Of a stretch of DNA of 53,992 bases, positions 1-14,286 are shown one piece after another. Each line of letters starts with the position of its first letter. Position 1 is the stretch's first letter. A program made the position numbers and the translations under genes. The notes below the pieces were generated by a model. The model did no database searches, was not told where the DNA came from, and saw only the letters and a list, made by a program, of their open reading frames with translations. This stretch comes from Octopus bimaculoides (lineage: Eukaryota). The stretch covers positions 12,845,884-12,899,875 of the forward strand of contig NC_068992.1 in NCBI RefSeq assembly GCF_001194135.2, given 5' to 3'.

Positions 1-353
1 ACTGCGTGGCATCTTGGGCAGGTGCCTTCTACTATAGCCTCGGGCCGACCAATGCCTTGTGAGTGGATTTGGTAGACGGAAACTGAAAGAAGCTCGTCGT
101 ATATGTGTATATATATGTGTATGTGTTTGTGTGTGTTTGTATGTCTGTGTTTGTCCCCCCAACATCGCTTGACAACCGATGCTGGTGTGTTTATGTCCCC
201 GTAACTTAGTGGTTCGGCAAAAGAGACCGATAGAATAAGTACTAGGCTTCCAAAGAATAAGTCCTGGGGTCGATTTCTTCGACTAAAGGCGGTGCTCCAG
301 CATGGCCGCAGTCAAAAGACTGAAACAAGTAAAAGAGTAAAAGAGTAAAAGAG
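1..353 (+). mobile_element. Octopod-type SINE, body and 3' end (head lies outside the window)
   Basis: Body CTACTATAGCCTCGGGCCGACC...GTGAGTGGATTTGGTAGACGGAAACTGAAAGAAG, internal TG/TA microsatellite, 3' block GGTGCTCCAGCATGGCCGCAGTCAAAAGACTGAAACAAG and tail (GTAAAAGA)x3. A diverged copy occurs at ~15285-15790. Family assignment is from recall. Confidence 0.8.
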
Positions 354-1231
354 ATATACATACATTTCTATATACATTCATATTTATATTTATGTTTGTT
401 TGCAGGTACTCATGTATGTATGTATTATATTTGCAAACGCTCTCATTCACACATTGTATTAAACATTAATTCTGGCTTAATTTTTAAAAAGAAGTACAAA
501 GAACGTACCATTTAAATGTATTATCCCTTACATTGGTTAAGAGCACCTACACGATCTATTCTACTGTTATTTCCTCTTTTCTTTATTATGCATTTGGAGT
601 TCTTTACTCTTATAAGTTTTGCTACGTAGCTTTCCGCCTATGTGTTCTTTCTTATATCAAAATATTTAATATTCGATGATTTATACGGAAACTAGTTACC
701 ATTTACTATATTATACACGGAATTAGTTTCATCCAAACATCATTTTAATAATAAATTTACAATTTTTTATTTACTTATAAATTTAATGGTTATTATGTTT
801 AAGTTTTATCTTAGTACTCCCTCCATTTGCTACCTTTTCAGATGGGAAATATATTCAGCTGTGTATAACGGGTTTTCATGTCATATATTTTCATACTTCA
901 ACATGTCGAGTTATATAAAAGTGTTTCACTTTGTATTTATTTAGCCTCAGTATATTCTTGAGAATACATATACGCATATAAAACCATACACATAGCACGT
1001 GCAACCATGCAGTTGAATATCCATAGACGTGTGTGTATGTACATGTGCGTTTATATCTATATGTGTGAATGTGTGTGTGTGTGTGTATGAATACATACAT
1101 ATATGAAGATATGTATGAATTCGCATAAGTGTCACTATGTGAATGATTCTGTTTTCACACCATTTTCTCCATTATATATATCAGGTTACTTTCATCGATG
1201 TTACCTCGAAAAACCACAGCGGTTTCCTCAC

Positions 1232-1340
1232 CTTTAGAAGCCGATGCCATATTACGATAAGTGCTTTTGATAGATATGAAGATTAAAACTACTCCCAATA
1301 CAGATGATAGGATATAGGATTCTCCTGATGACAGGAACAG
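1232..1340 (-). CDS. Candidate internal coding exon with a hydrophobic, TM-like segment; product unknown
   Basis: Acceptor ttttttcttttatgtatatgtatttgtcAG and donor AAG|GTGAGG. The exon is 109 nt and only phase 0 is open: LFLSSGESYILSSVLGVVLIFISIKSTYRNMASASK. No homology recognised. Confidence 0.4.
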
Positions 1341-2248
1341 CTGACAAATACATATACATAAAAGAAAAAATATTCCTTAGTGTCCAACATAATATTATTG
1401 ATCTTGAATGCATCATATTTTCAGAAAAAGAAAGTATGTAAAAATACATTCGATACATATGTGGCACACAACATTCATAAGATATTTTTTTTCTCGTTTT
1501 TCCTACTTCCAGATTAAATCTAAGCTACTGACGTTCATTCGTTCATCAAAGTATTCCACCAAATGTCTAAGACTTAAATCATGAACCCATAAATGAACAT
1601 ATGTGCCAGGCTTGAAGTAAAATACCTTACGTCATAATTTTATAAAACACCATGTATTTCCAGTGCAGTGAAAGTTGTCATAATACTGCTTGCATTGGTT
1701 TCTTTCAAATATTTTGTACTTACATTAAGCTCAAAGATACTTGTTATCGAGCGTATGCGGCTACCTAGATGTTCCTAGCATGCAATCTTACATATATTCC
1801 TCATTTCAATCTAGAATATCCATTTAGTAAAGGAATACAGCTGAATCATGCTACAGTGTATTTACGTTTGTCAGCAATGATAGAACTCCCATCCTACTAC
1901 CAGAAATTTCTGTATCGCTAAATTGTTATCACATATATACACACAATACTAAGTGCTGAAAGCCTGTATAAGTGTTAAGCGTTCGTCTAATGTGGAAACC
2001 TCAGGTATTTATTTGACTACGTTTAGTTTACATCGAACTTTCTGAACAAGGATTCCAGCAGTTCAATCCATCCTTCACTACATTTCTAACGGCGAAATGT
2101 ATTATATATTTACATTCACACATTCATACGCACACACGGTGTTGCGAAATTAAACACACACACTGATATATATGTAATCATATGTGTATATATATATATA
2201 TGTATGCGTGTGTGTGATTGCATGCAAGTATGAGTAATACATATATAC

Positions 2249-2253
<5 letters not shown>

Positions 2254-2297
<44 letters not shown>
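2254..2297. repeat. (AG)n microsatellite
   Basis: Direct reading. Confidence 0.95.
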
Positions 2298-2299
<2 letters not shown>

Positions 2300-3125
2300 C
2301 TTCAATTCACATTTGAGATTAGATTTACATATTCTAAATTGATTACTGGAATGTATATTAATAATATCCCTTGGCTTTAAGTTTTATTTTCGAAATATTT
2401 GGGGTGATATTCCTTAGTAGTTAAACACTATTTATTTGCTGCAATGTTACTGAATTTATTCGTTTACCTCAATGCACGTAGTGAATTTATTTGCTTCCCT
2501 CAATGTACGTATGGCAATCCATGTTCTCGTTAAGAGACGATAGTAGATTTAGCAAGAAAAGGAGCTGCAAGTATTATAGATATATTAAACCATCTTATTC
2601 TTATATAACTGCGAGTACTCTTACAGACACACACAGAACCATATGCCTATTAAGACACTTTAATGCATATTCATAACAGAACACTATCTATATATATGTA
2701 TATATATACATATATATATANNNNNNNNNNNNNNNNNNNNNNNNNNNNNNNNNNNNNNNNNNNNNNNNNNNNNNNNNNNNNNNNNNNNNNNNNNNNNNNN
2801 NNNNNNNNNNNNNNNNNNNNNNNNNNNNNNNNNNNNNNNNNNNNNNNNNNNNNNNNNNNNNNNNNNNNNNNNNNNNNNNNNNNNNNNNNNNNNNNNNNNN
2901 NNNNNNNNNNNNNNNNNNNNNNNNNNNNNNNNNNNNNNNNNNNNNNNNNNNNNNNNNNNNNNNNNNNNNNNNNNNNNNNNNNNNNNNNNNNNNNNNNNNN
3001 NNNNNNNNNNNNNNNNNNNNNNNNNNNNNNNNNNNNNNNNNNNNNNNNNNNNNNNNNNNNNNNNNNNNNNNNNNNNNNNNNNNNNNNNNNNNNNNNNNNN
3101 NNNNNNNNNNNNNNNNNNNNNNNNN

Positions 3126-3157
<32 letters not shown>

Positions 3158-5224
3158 ATCTAATGAAAGTTAAAACAGCGATTTCGTATCATATTTAAAA
3201 TAAATCCATCGATAAAAATCAAATTTACAACTGTGAAAGTCGTTTGCAGATAACATCTCATATAAACAGACACGAACACAAGAATCGTCCAAGCAGAAGC
3301 TAGCAAGAATGTTAAACTTATAGTTTCTCACTGGCATGTATTCACAGCCAACCGTGTGCATAGTCGAAATATCTCCTGTGATATAGAGAAAAGTCTTTAA
3401 AATATTTATTGAATAATCGAATGACCACTCAATTGGAAATGGTCCATACATGCAGAAGAAATATAAAGTTCAAATAGTAATCAAAATATCGTACTTAATG
3501 CAGATATGACGTCATTGAAAGTCTAATTTTCACCACTATAAGACAGTGATAATACCACTTCTGGGACATATGGTGTACAAATCACTATATCGGAAGATGT
3601 TGAATATTACGCCAAAGGCTGCGGGCGAGATCACAAGATGCAATTCCGTCTCAACGCTTTTCGCCAATGTCCTGTCCTCATACTGAACCGTATGCGTCGA
3701 GTAGATTTTCCTTCTGCAATCCATTGGAAATCAGCGAAAATTATCCACTGTTATTGTAAATAGCCACCCGGTTGAATAAATCCGTCATATCCAATAGAAG
3801 CAGTATTAAATGAAAATAACCATTTAGGTAACTATATTCAAGTAAATTCGCTGTTAAAATGCAATTATACTGAGTTGTTCGTCTGGAAAGAGTATATCCA
3901 CAAAGTCCAGCTTGACTGAAGTACATCGGGTGACATTTGCCAGCAGCGACTAGGATTGTTTTCATCTGCTCCGATATATATTTCATTTTATATACTGTTT
4001 CAAATTATCTCCCATGAATATAACAGCAAATTCGACATTGAATAATGTATTTAACGTCAGTATGTTAAGTGGATGGCTATTTTAAAATTAAAATGGTATG
4101 TTTTTAAACCTCAGTCTACAACAATAAAGATATTGCTTACTGACGCCTTCCGACTATTTCCATTTGCACCATACTATTTCCCGACTATTTCCACACCATC
4201 AGCTACAAAATTCAAAACCCTTCAAAATAAATCTCCACAGCAAACGCTTATATTTCTCAATGTATGTGTGTATATATACATTCATATAATAATGTGTGTG
4301 TGTGTGTGTGCGAGTATGTATGTTTCTGCACGTGTATCATTTCATCCCCTTCTGTCTACAACTGTCACCGCCTTATCTAACACTTCAAACAAAATACATC
4401 TCACGTTCCTGCATTACTCTTTCCCCTCCTTCTTACTACCACTCTGTCTCTTTCTCTCTCTCTCATCTACCTACCCCAGAATTTATATATATATATGTAC
4501 TTTGTTTGTCATTCGTTCACATCGTCTCCACCATCAAAAGAATGACAAGCAACTAGAGTTATCATTTTCTTTTTGCTAGCATAACTCGTGGAAATTCCGC
4601 AAGTGTAGCTTGTGTGTGGGAAGGTGTTTTTCCAAATTTTGTAACAAATGGGTGCGTTTATGATATCACGAATCCTGATTTAAATCATTTCTACGAAATA
4701 TAGGTGAAGAAATAAAAAAAAACATATTTCAGATCTTATCTAGAAATCTTTTCACTGAAGACATTACGATAAAATAATTTAAACAAAGAAACTTTATCTT
4801 ATATATCATAACTTATATACTCCTTTTCATTTTCTCATTTTTGAATCTTCTCATCAGTTTTCTCCTGCAAATATAATACGTTTCGAATAAATAATGTTTG
4901 ACAAGTAGGCATATGGTTGTCTGATGTACCTGCCATTAAGAAGATCCTCCATAGCAGCAGCAATATGGAGAAATGCTATTCTGTTATAACTATAATCTGA
5001 TCTTCCCGAAAGATGGCATCGTATTTGAAAGGTGATGAAACGCTATGGTTTCCTAAGTGACGCCGACGAGATAAATTGATACATGATATAGGCAAACTGG
5101 TGAGGAATTGCGGCATACGTGCTGTAAGGATCAAGAATTCGTACATGTATTTATATCGTGTGTGTGGGGGGGAGTGAGAGAGAGACTGATAGACAGACAG
5201 AGAAATGTGTGTGTGTGTGGAGAC

Positions 5225-6166
5225 GCAATGACCCAGTGGTTCGGGCTCTCGGAAAGGAAGCTTCGCTGTTTGAAGAGTATTGTGGAAAACGAACCCCTTT
5301 CGAAGGATTCTGACGTTGTAAAACAGCTAGAAGTTAGTCCAAGAACGTGTGTTACATATCTTCATAAGCTTGGGTATTATGGACGAGCATGTAGAAGAAA
5401 ACCTCTTCAACCAATTAATATCATGAAAAAAAAACGACATGGGCGAAGGAGATTTTGGGATAGAGTGATTTTCTAAGATGAATCCAGAGCTATATTAGTT
5501 TCAGATAGTGGACGTGTTTGGACCTGGAGGCTTCCTAATCATGAATCTAATTTGAAACAACTCCAACCAACTGTGAAACATGGTGGTATATTTGTAATGG
5601 TATGGCGAGCTGTCACCAACAATAGTCGTTCTGAGCTGATCGAATGTGTTGCAACCATAAACTCTGAAACAAAAACCCATCGAAATGCTTAAGCTAGGAC
5701 GACTTCCGATGTATTCACACAATAACGTTACGAAAAATGAGTTTATATTCATGGAAGATGGGGCTCCATTCCACACAGTGAAAAGGAATCAACGACGGCT
5801 GATAGAAAATGGGATAAAAAAAACTTCCTTGTCCGAGCCAATCCCCTGACTTGAACCCAATTGAAAATCTTCGAAGCATACTAGAGAGAACTATACGAAA
5901 ACCTCGACATAAACCTAAATCTAAAGATCAATTGTTTCGATTGTTTCGTGAAAATTGTGCAGAAATTCCACAAGAGACAATCACAAAGCTCACGAGTTCA
6001 ATGCGAAAAAGAGTTTCTGAATTAAAAACTGTAAAGGGAACGTCATCTTCATACTAAAGTATGTAGACCTACCTATCTATTACATTTCAATTATTTACTT
6101 TACGTATTAAATAAAAAGAAAATTTGAAAATGAAAGGTGTCTATTTACTTTGTGCATGCCTGTATA
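5225..6166 (+). mobile_element. Decayed Tc1-family DNA transposon (DD34E transposase pseudogene, 5' truncated, right TIR present)
   Basis: Translates to LGYYGRACRRKPL, WDRVIF*DES (D at 5477), PTVKHGG..VMVW, FMEDGAPFH (D at 5757), SQSPDLNPIEN (E at 5863) and SMRKRV...KG. The D-E spacing is 34 codons plus a 1-nt frameshift. Ends in GTGTCTATTTACTTTGTGCATGCCTGTA-TA, matching the TIR of the 21.1-21.7 kb copy. Confidence 0.93.
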
Positions 6167-8762
6167 TANNNNNNNNNNNNNNNNNNNNNNNNNNNNNNNN
6201 NNNNNNNNNNNNNNNNNNNNNNNNNNNNNNNNNNNNNNNNNNNNNNNNNNNNNNNNNNNNNNNNNNNNNNNNNNNNNNNNNNNNNNNNNNNNNNNNNNNN
6301 NNNNNNNNNNNNNNNNNNNNNNNNNNNNNNNNNNNNNNNNNNNNNNNNNNNNNNNNNNNNNNNNNNNNNNNNNNNNNNNNNNNNNNNNNNNNNNNNNNNN
6401 NNNNNNNNNNNNNNNNNNNNNNNNNNNNNNNNNNNNNNNNNNNAATCCACCGTGTAACTGCAACTTTTATGTGTTGCATGGTGGGAGTAAACGGGTTCCA
6501 GACTGAAATGATGGAAATGAAAGGCTGAAATTCCGTTGAAATCACGGAGGCCGAGACTTTACATAGAACTCTAACTGTTTTGATGCAAGCACTCCTATTG
6601 TTTAACAAAATGTATCTGCAGGTTTCCACGATACAAGTTGCTATGAATTCATCTGATGGATAGCTATTGTTCAGTAATACTAAAGAATCGTGTATATGTA
6701 TGTTTGCTGACATACCTTCCATAAACTCTTACTTCACATATGTCCTCAAAGCCATATAATTGGTATGAGTGCATGTGCACAGACACACATATACACACAC
6801 ACTGACTCACTCCCACACAACATGTATATGCAGTGCATATGTATATATATATNNNNNNNNNNCGCACGTATAAATTCTTTAAAACCAACAATATTAAATC
6901 TAACTTTGCTATTCTTAAACTTAATGATTTTGCTGTGTTGAGTAGTACCCCCATTCGTCAATTTAATTCTCTTCTGAAAATGCTGTCGGAGTAATATAAA
7001 ATATTTAATACTCGATCAATAGGTGTACAGCAAATACGTTACAGGATTCACTTCTCTCTGTCTTCGTTCACCCCAGCCAGAGAAGAATGATTTAAAACCT
7101 AGTTTATCATCGTAAGTAACACATTATTACATATTAAACACTGATGCCGGATTCCGATTTCTAGTTTCAGATATAGAAGTTATTTTTATCATCGTAAACG
7201 TCATTTCACAATGCTGCGACTACATAAAATTTTCTTTTTCAAAATTTTTACATTTAAAAAAAATCAATAGAAATGTTGAAAGCCAAATTTAAATGTCTGA
7301 ATGGATATAATATATTCATACGAATCTCATATCTCTGTTAAAACTATTTAAATTGGTATAATTTGCATAATATTGTATAAGAATCATAATTGATGATACT
7401 CGCATTAAACGGACATGAAATTTGCAAAACCTAATCTTAATATAGGTATAACGGGTTGTTCAGCCACATTCATTCATTCCGTCTAATATTTCGGAGAAAA
7501 GGTTATGCTTATGATGCTTTATTACGCATGCGTGACTCGTGAAAATGAGAGTGAAACGTATCCTGACTCTGGAGAGAGATGTCGCCCAAATACCCCCAAG
7601 AAACAGACTCCGCTAATATCAAACAAAGGCTTGAACGTATTAAAAACAAAGTCACCAAGTAATTCTATAACCTATTTATCTCTTTGGTAAGACTTTAATA
7701 ACACATTTAATTAAAAATGCGTTATAATTAAAAGAATTTCGCTTCTCGAAGTCGATCGGCGTATATTAATTTTCACAGGCTCTTAAAAGCAAGATGGTGA
7801 TCATAACTGAATGAAATCTATGCGGAATCTTTGGATTTGTACAAAATGCTGACATGTCTCCAAAATGGGAATACAATTACTTGTTGTATAAAATAGATTT
7901 TGAGGGAAAGAATTTTGGCCCATCATTTAATTGAAGAAAGAATCGGATCGGCAAATAGGTTGAAGGTGAGTTGTACTCAATAGATTTGGTTAGCAGGCTT
8001 GCGTGCAATGCAAAATAAGTTTATGGAAACGTATACCCATTTTTTTATTGCTGCTGAATGCGGGGTCACTTTTGATAGGCCCTGCTGTCTGGTCTAACCA
8101 GATTTCATACGCTAAGTAATGGCCCACGACATTTGCCAGTCTTTTTATTATTATTACTATTACCAATCACATATATCTCAAACGATGCTAAATACGAACT
8201 CACTAGAGTGTGATGGAAAGCAATGAAGATGTCTACAAACCGCTGCACGGACATTTTCAGACAGATTTCCTGGCATATTTTTCCAAATTTACGGATATTT
8301 CTAAACCGTAGAATACGCCAGTTAAATGCGGGATGTCTTTAACTCAGCTTCTGGTAAAATAATCCTAATGCAAAAGAACTATTTCAAGTTCTGGATGAAG
8401 TAGGTCTTATTAAACTGAATGGACCGTCCTGGAGCTCATTTAAATGTGAAATCGCCTTTTCTACGCCTTTTCAAACACCTTCGACTGGACTTTTAGTTTA
8501 TGACTTTGCTTCCATGAACACCTTGAATTTTTTTAGTTCGTTTATGTTACATTCTTACATTGTCTGATATCATACTCTTTTGGTGCGTTCAACTTTAGGA
8601 AAGAAGCCGTAGTTGACGTGGACAATACAAACTGTAACGGCATTATTTCTTCTTCACTTCTAAATTATTTCATCACATTGAGTATTATGCTCATTTAAGT
8701 AGTTAAAATAACAGGTAAAGCTAAGGACCATACGGACATCAGATTATGGGCAATAGTTACAA

Positions 8763-8890
8763 TGAGCTTGATGAATAGTTAGTACGCAGCGCAAAAGTCT
8801 TAGCGACATTTTAATCCGTTCTCACGTTCTGACTTCGAAATTTATCGAGGTCGACTTTGCCTTTCATCCACTCGGAGTCGGTATCAATTG
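8763..8890 (+). mobile_element. Diverged tRNA-derived SINE fragment (family B)
   Basis: ACGTTCTGACTTCGAAATTTATCGAGGTCGACTTTGCCTTTCATCC aligns by eye with the copies at 11351 and 51949. Confidence 0.7.
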
Positions 8891-9605
8891 AACATTACGT
8901 TCAATATAAACGACATTCCATCCCACGAAGTTAAAATCAACATCTAATGATTCCACAGCCTATATTTTTCTTTATACCATAGGATACTTTGAGGATATTC
9001 GGGTTTCGAATTTCGCTCATGTAATGATATAAATCTTTGTGTTTAAATGTGATTATACGTTTCAATGCAAGAACCTATCCAGAGAGTTTAATGACAGTGA
9101 ATAGAGTTATGCATGATTTAGGTCTTAACGTGGTTAAAACAAAATATACACGTTAAAATGTGTAGAGATAGCACGAAAAAATTGTCATACACTATAGACA
9201 CTGTTTTACATTTGGCAATTAGAGAGTCAATGATCTAACATCTACCTATCGAAACTCTGTTGTGAGTGGACACTTCCGAATCTACCTCTCCGAGCAGTAG
9301 TATTCATCCTACAAATACATATTATATCTACTGCTTAAACTTTTCATATGCATGGCCCTTGATAGTTACATATATATTCAGATTCAGTATGTCATGTGAT
9401 TATGAAGGTTAGTGGTCGTAAAAATGTCGTAGTTCAGTTGGCGGAATACACACTCGTTGATCAACAAAAATACATTCTCTAGAGGCAAGCATATATTTAT
9501 TATAACATTTCTACCATTCTGCCTCTCTGAAGGCCTCCCTTTCTACTTCATATCATATTGCTCATATAGGTATGTATGTATGTGTGTATGTATGTTTGTA
9601 TGTAG

Positions 9606-9636
<31 letters not shown>

Positions 9637-10983
9637 TATATACACACAAATATATATGTATATATNNNNNNNNNNNNNNNNNNNNNNNNNNNNNNNNNNN
9701 NNNNNNNNNNNNNNNNNNNNNNNNNNNNNNNNNNNNNNNNNNNNNNNNNNNNNNNNNNNNNNNNNNNNNNNNNNNNNNNNNNNNNNNNNNNNNNNNNNNN
9801 NNNNNNNNNNNNNNNNNNNNNNNNNNNNNNNNNNTATATATATATGTGTATTATATAAATATGTGTTTATATGCGTCTATGTGTATGGGTGTTTGATTTA
9901 ATACACATACGCGCGCATACCTACACACACACATACACACACACACAGAGAGACACACACAAACACACACACACGCACACACACGCACACACACACACAC
10001 ACACGTATACATACATCGCCGTTCTCAACATGACATTTTCTAGACATCTACACACCGCAACTAGACATTAATAATACATACATTAATAAACAATGGTTTT
10101 GACAAGTAAACCGATATTTCTCATTTTACAGCGGCCAAATAGCAATTCTGAAAACAAACTCATAAGTACATGTTTATTACTGTAAAGTTCTCCAGGTGAT
10201 TATGCAAGAAGATATTCAACCAAATAATACCGTTTTAAGTATCTATGAGGAATCGATATTACAGGATTGTTTCACAAATATACAGAGCATAAACTATGTC
10301 TAAGCTTCAAGTAAAGTCCCACTAACCCACATATCGTAAAATATATTTAGGCTTGTCTATGGTGCTCGACTAACGTGCACATCATAAAATATATTTAAGC
10401 ACCAATATATAGTTAGACGATGACAATAAAAACGAATATTAAACGCTGCTCTGTACAAATAAATCTCAACAAAGTAGTTTACTGATAGTATAAATAATTT
10501 AGTGAACGTAGTCATTATTTTCGTATATTTACTAGCGTTTATGAAACGTTATTAATTCAACGCCAATGAATCTAAAAGAATGTTTCATTACACACTAAAG
10601 CAGCCTGTAAACAAATATGTTAGTTTGTAATAAAAACATGTATGGATGACTTTAACTGCTGTAATATAACACAAAAATTGTATTGTAATTCATGCATTGT
10701 TTTAATATTTTGCTTCAGATAGCTGAAAAATAATTACTTGCAGATTACCGAGTGAACAACACTAAAGTACAAGTTAAGCTGTATTGATGACAATATTGGC
10801 TTACAACACAATTTCTAGCAAACATTTTCCATGTTTTTAAACGTAGCAACACCTGTGCTATAAAACCTGCTACGTTCAAATGTTACTCTAGAGATAAGTT
10901 AAGGTATTTTTCATTAAATTACTATTGAGACTGTTTAATCTGCGGAATTGTAAATCCCCGAAAACCACACAGAAGCACATACA

Positions 10984-11023
<40 letters not shown>

Positions 11024-11263
11024 NNNNNNNNNNNNNNNNNNNNNNNNNNNNNNNNNNNNNNNNNNNNNNNNNNNNNNNNNNNNNNNNNNNNNNNNNNNNN
11101 NNNNNNNNNNNNNNNNNNNNNNNNNNNNNNNNNNNNNNNNNNNNNNNNNNNNNNNNNNNNNNNNNNNNNNNNNNNNNNNNNNNNNNNNNNNNNNNNNNNN
11201 NNNNNNNNNNNNNNNNNNNNNNNNNNNNNNNNNNNNNNNNNNNNNNNNNNNNNNNNNNNNNNN

Positions 11264-11308
<45 letters not shown>

Positions 11309-11350
11309 AAGAGAAAGAGAGAGAGAGAGGCACGGAGAGATATACAAGGA

Positions 11351-11551
11351 GAGAATTGTTAGCCTCCGGCGAAAATGCTTAGCAACAATTCGTCTGTCTC
11401 TATGTTCTGAGTAAAAATATCACCGAGATCGACTTTAACTCTTTTTCTTTCGGAGTCGATAAAATACATATTACTTCAACATGGAGATCGATGTAATCAA
11501 GTTACATCTCAACCCCCACCCAAATTGTTGGTTTCGAACCAAACTTTTAAA
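11351..11551 (+). mobile_element. Diverged tRNA-derived SINE (family B)
   Basis: AAAATGCTTAGC...GTTCTGAG...CCGAGATCGACTTT...GAGTCGATAAAA...GATCGATGTAATC is colinear with 51949-52137. Confidence 0.72.
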
Positions 11552-11706
11552 TAAATAGATAAGTGTATGTGTGTGTGTACTTCTTTTACACATTCAGACA
11601 AAAAGTCACCCCCATAGAGCGGGAATACATAGTTTAGAAATATGTTATATGGCAATACTAGTAATCGAAAATTCAGTGGATTTTCTTTATTTTCATTTCG
11701 TGAAAC

Positions 11707-11764
<58 letters not shown>

Positions 11765-13070
11765 CGCTGGCGTTACCTCGTTTACGAAGGCGTGGGTTCT
11801 AGAAGACTCAATCAACAACTAGGGAGCCTGTTCTTCAAATTAATGTGGAAGTTGCTGAGCAATCCACAGACACGTATACCCTTAAAGTCATTATGAGGCA
11901 GATCCACCTTGACACAGCGTGAGAAGACTCGCCTTTTGAAATTCTGTTCCTAGTCATTTCTGCCTGCTGAGTGGACAGAGNNNNNNNNNNAAAGTCATTA
12001 TGAGGCAGATCCACCTTGACACAGCGTGAGGAGACTCGCCTTTTGAAATTCTGTTCCTAGTCATTTCTGCCTGCTGAGTGGACAGAGATAACGGGTTTTT
12101 CTTTTATTTGTCTCAGTCTAAAAACCGAGTTAGATAAAACATATACAGAAACAGAGAGATAGAGATAGAAAAAAAGAGAGATAGGAAGAGTGGCAGATAG
12201 TCAGACAGAGAAGTATTTTAATTTGTTTGACGCGTTACGGAATATAATATTATAGTTTTAATAGTTCCACATCAATGCAGTTGTGAGTAGATTAAATATG
12301 AATTAAAAGAGATATTTGCATTTTAAACACATTTGCTACAAATGATATTTTGCCAGAAAAATATCCGAGTCATACGCTGAAGAGTATATGGTAGAGGTTT
12401 CAGTCTTAGAAAATCTATGATTTCATGGCATTTGTGCTGTCTGCATAGTTTTTTCGCTTGATATACAGGTACTTAAAGGATTATTTCTGATATGAAGTTC
12501 CTTCGCGTGCCGCTTCCCATCGGACATCCTTTGCGCTTATGGCATTAAATCGGCAGTAAAAATGTGACAAACGCAGCAATTAGGAGTATGAAAACTTGTT
12601 ATGCATGCTGAACAGGAAATCCATTTGTGATTGCTCCAAGAGTATGGTAAGCATTAACTTCCATCATATGTATGTATGTGCCTTTGGGCGTGGTGTGTGT
12701 GTATGTGTGTGTGCATACGTTTGCATGTTCGTATGTATGTGTGTGTCTATGTCTAAGTGTGTGAGCGCGTGCATGTGTGTGCGTGCGTGTGTATTTATGT
12801 GTGTGTATTGTGTATATGCCTTCCTTCTGAATTGAATACATATTTACCTGAAAGTGATTTTCGTGATGTTTGGAGATATTTCTTATTCGACTGTCATTTC
12901 TTCCATGTGCGTCCTCTTTGATGGTTGATGAAACTCTGACACAAGGAATAAATTTCGTCAAAAACTGAAATACATCAGACATCAGTGTTTAACGACATAA
13001 ATCTAATGCTTACGCTTCGCATAAATTAATAAAATAAATATAGTTATTAATTTTGATTTTTTTTCCAATT

Positions 13071-13106
13071 TTCTTCTTCTTCTTCTTCTTCTTCTTCTTC
13101 TTCTTC
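13071..13106. repeat. (TTC)n microsatellite
   Basis: Direct reading. Confidence 0.95.
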
Positions 13107-14198
13107 TCGTCCTCCCCCTCCTCCTCCTCATCATTTTGTATCGTCTTTTTACTCTGTAGTTTTACATCATATAAAAAGCAGGTCTATGCACTTAGGATAC
13201 GTGCAACATTTTGTCAACTTTTGACATCGATTGTTCAAAATTGTCTCCAGATGACCACTTAAATTCCGTCCGTATCCGAAGCGTAACCTTTTATTCACAC
13301 ATGTTACTCAGTTTTCGCGAATAGCATTTACGTACCACACGAATATTTTAGAGGGGAATATTATACACACCCCGCATTCATATATATCCATACTCTAATG
13401 CAAATCACACAGCAGAAATATTCATTATTTTCGAACAAGAATTTATAATTTAAAGATAAGAGAACATTTGCAGATCTTTTCTAATCAATCGAAGAGTGTT
13501 CTTAAATAATTTTTGGAAATGAAATAATTCCCGGTTAAACCAATAGCCACAAACTGCAATAATGTATAACTAATGCAATTTGAGGAATTATCAATGATAA
13601 TTACCCGTAACTGTTGAAAATTTATGATTTAAAAGCTGGAAGTCCCCCTAATGTATGATTGAATGACATGAAAATAAATATGATAGATATTAGATTGATA
13701 AATCTACGTTTACATTCAGCATTAGAAAAATAACACCCCTGGCTACTACATCCACATTATGGGGTTCAACTGGAAATGAAGAATGAAGTTCTTACAGTGA
13801 AAACGAAAACCTAACACTACTGTTAGTTACGTTCCTCAGAAAATATGATGAGTAGAGGCTCTTGTATAATGTGCATCGTATTTTCAAGTGATAATTAGAC
13901 TCAAAAATACAGCGCTTCTGCTCTTTAACTAAAAAGCGAGAACGGATGAGAAGGGACACGTTGCAAACGTTTTACTCAAAGATCAGATATTTTGTATTTT
14001 CGAATCTGACGATTGTTTGTAAATACGTGGCACACTATGATAGCTTTTGCGCGACCCTCGTATTTCTAGACGTATGGAAATAATGTAACTCGAATTTAAA
14101 CACAGTGTGTATTAAATGATATCCATCCCTCACTGGGTGAAATACGTTTTTGTTCAACACACAATAACAGATCACTATATCTATATATGTGCATGTAC

Positions 14199-14222
14199 GT
14201 ATCTATCTATCTATCTATCTAC

Positions 14223-14286
<64 letters not shown>

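Noticed and set aside
4140-4201. Minus-strand segment with good AG/GT sites and a repeated GGAAATAGTCGG
   Set aside because: All three frames contain stops; the short duplication is unremarkable.
4073-4579. 168-aa plus-strand ORF
   Set aside because: Runs through TG/TA/CT repeats, has biased composition and shows no recognisable motif.
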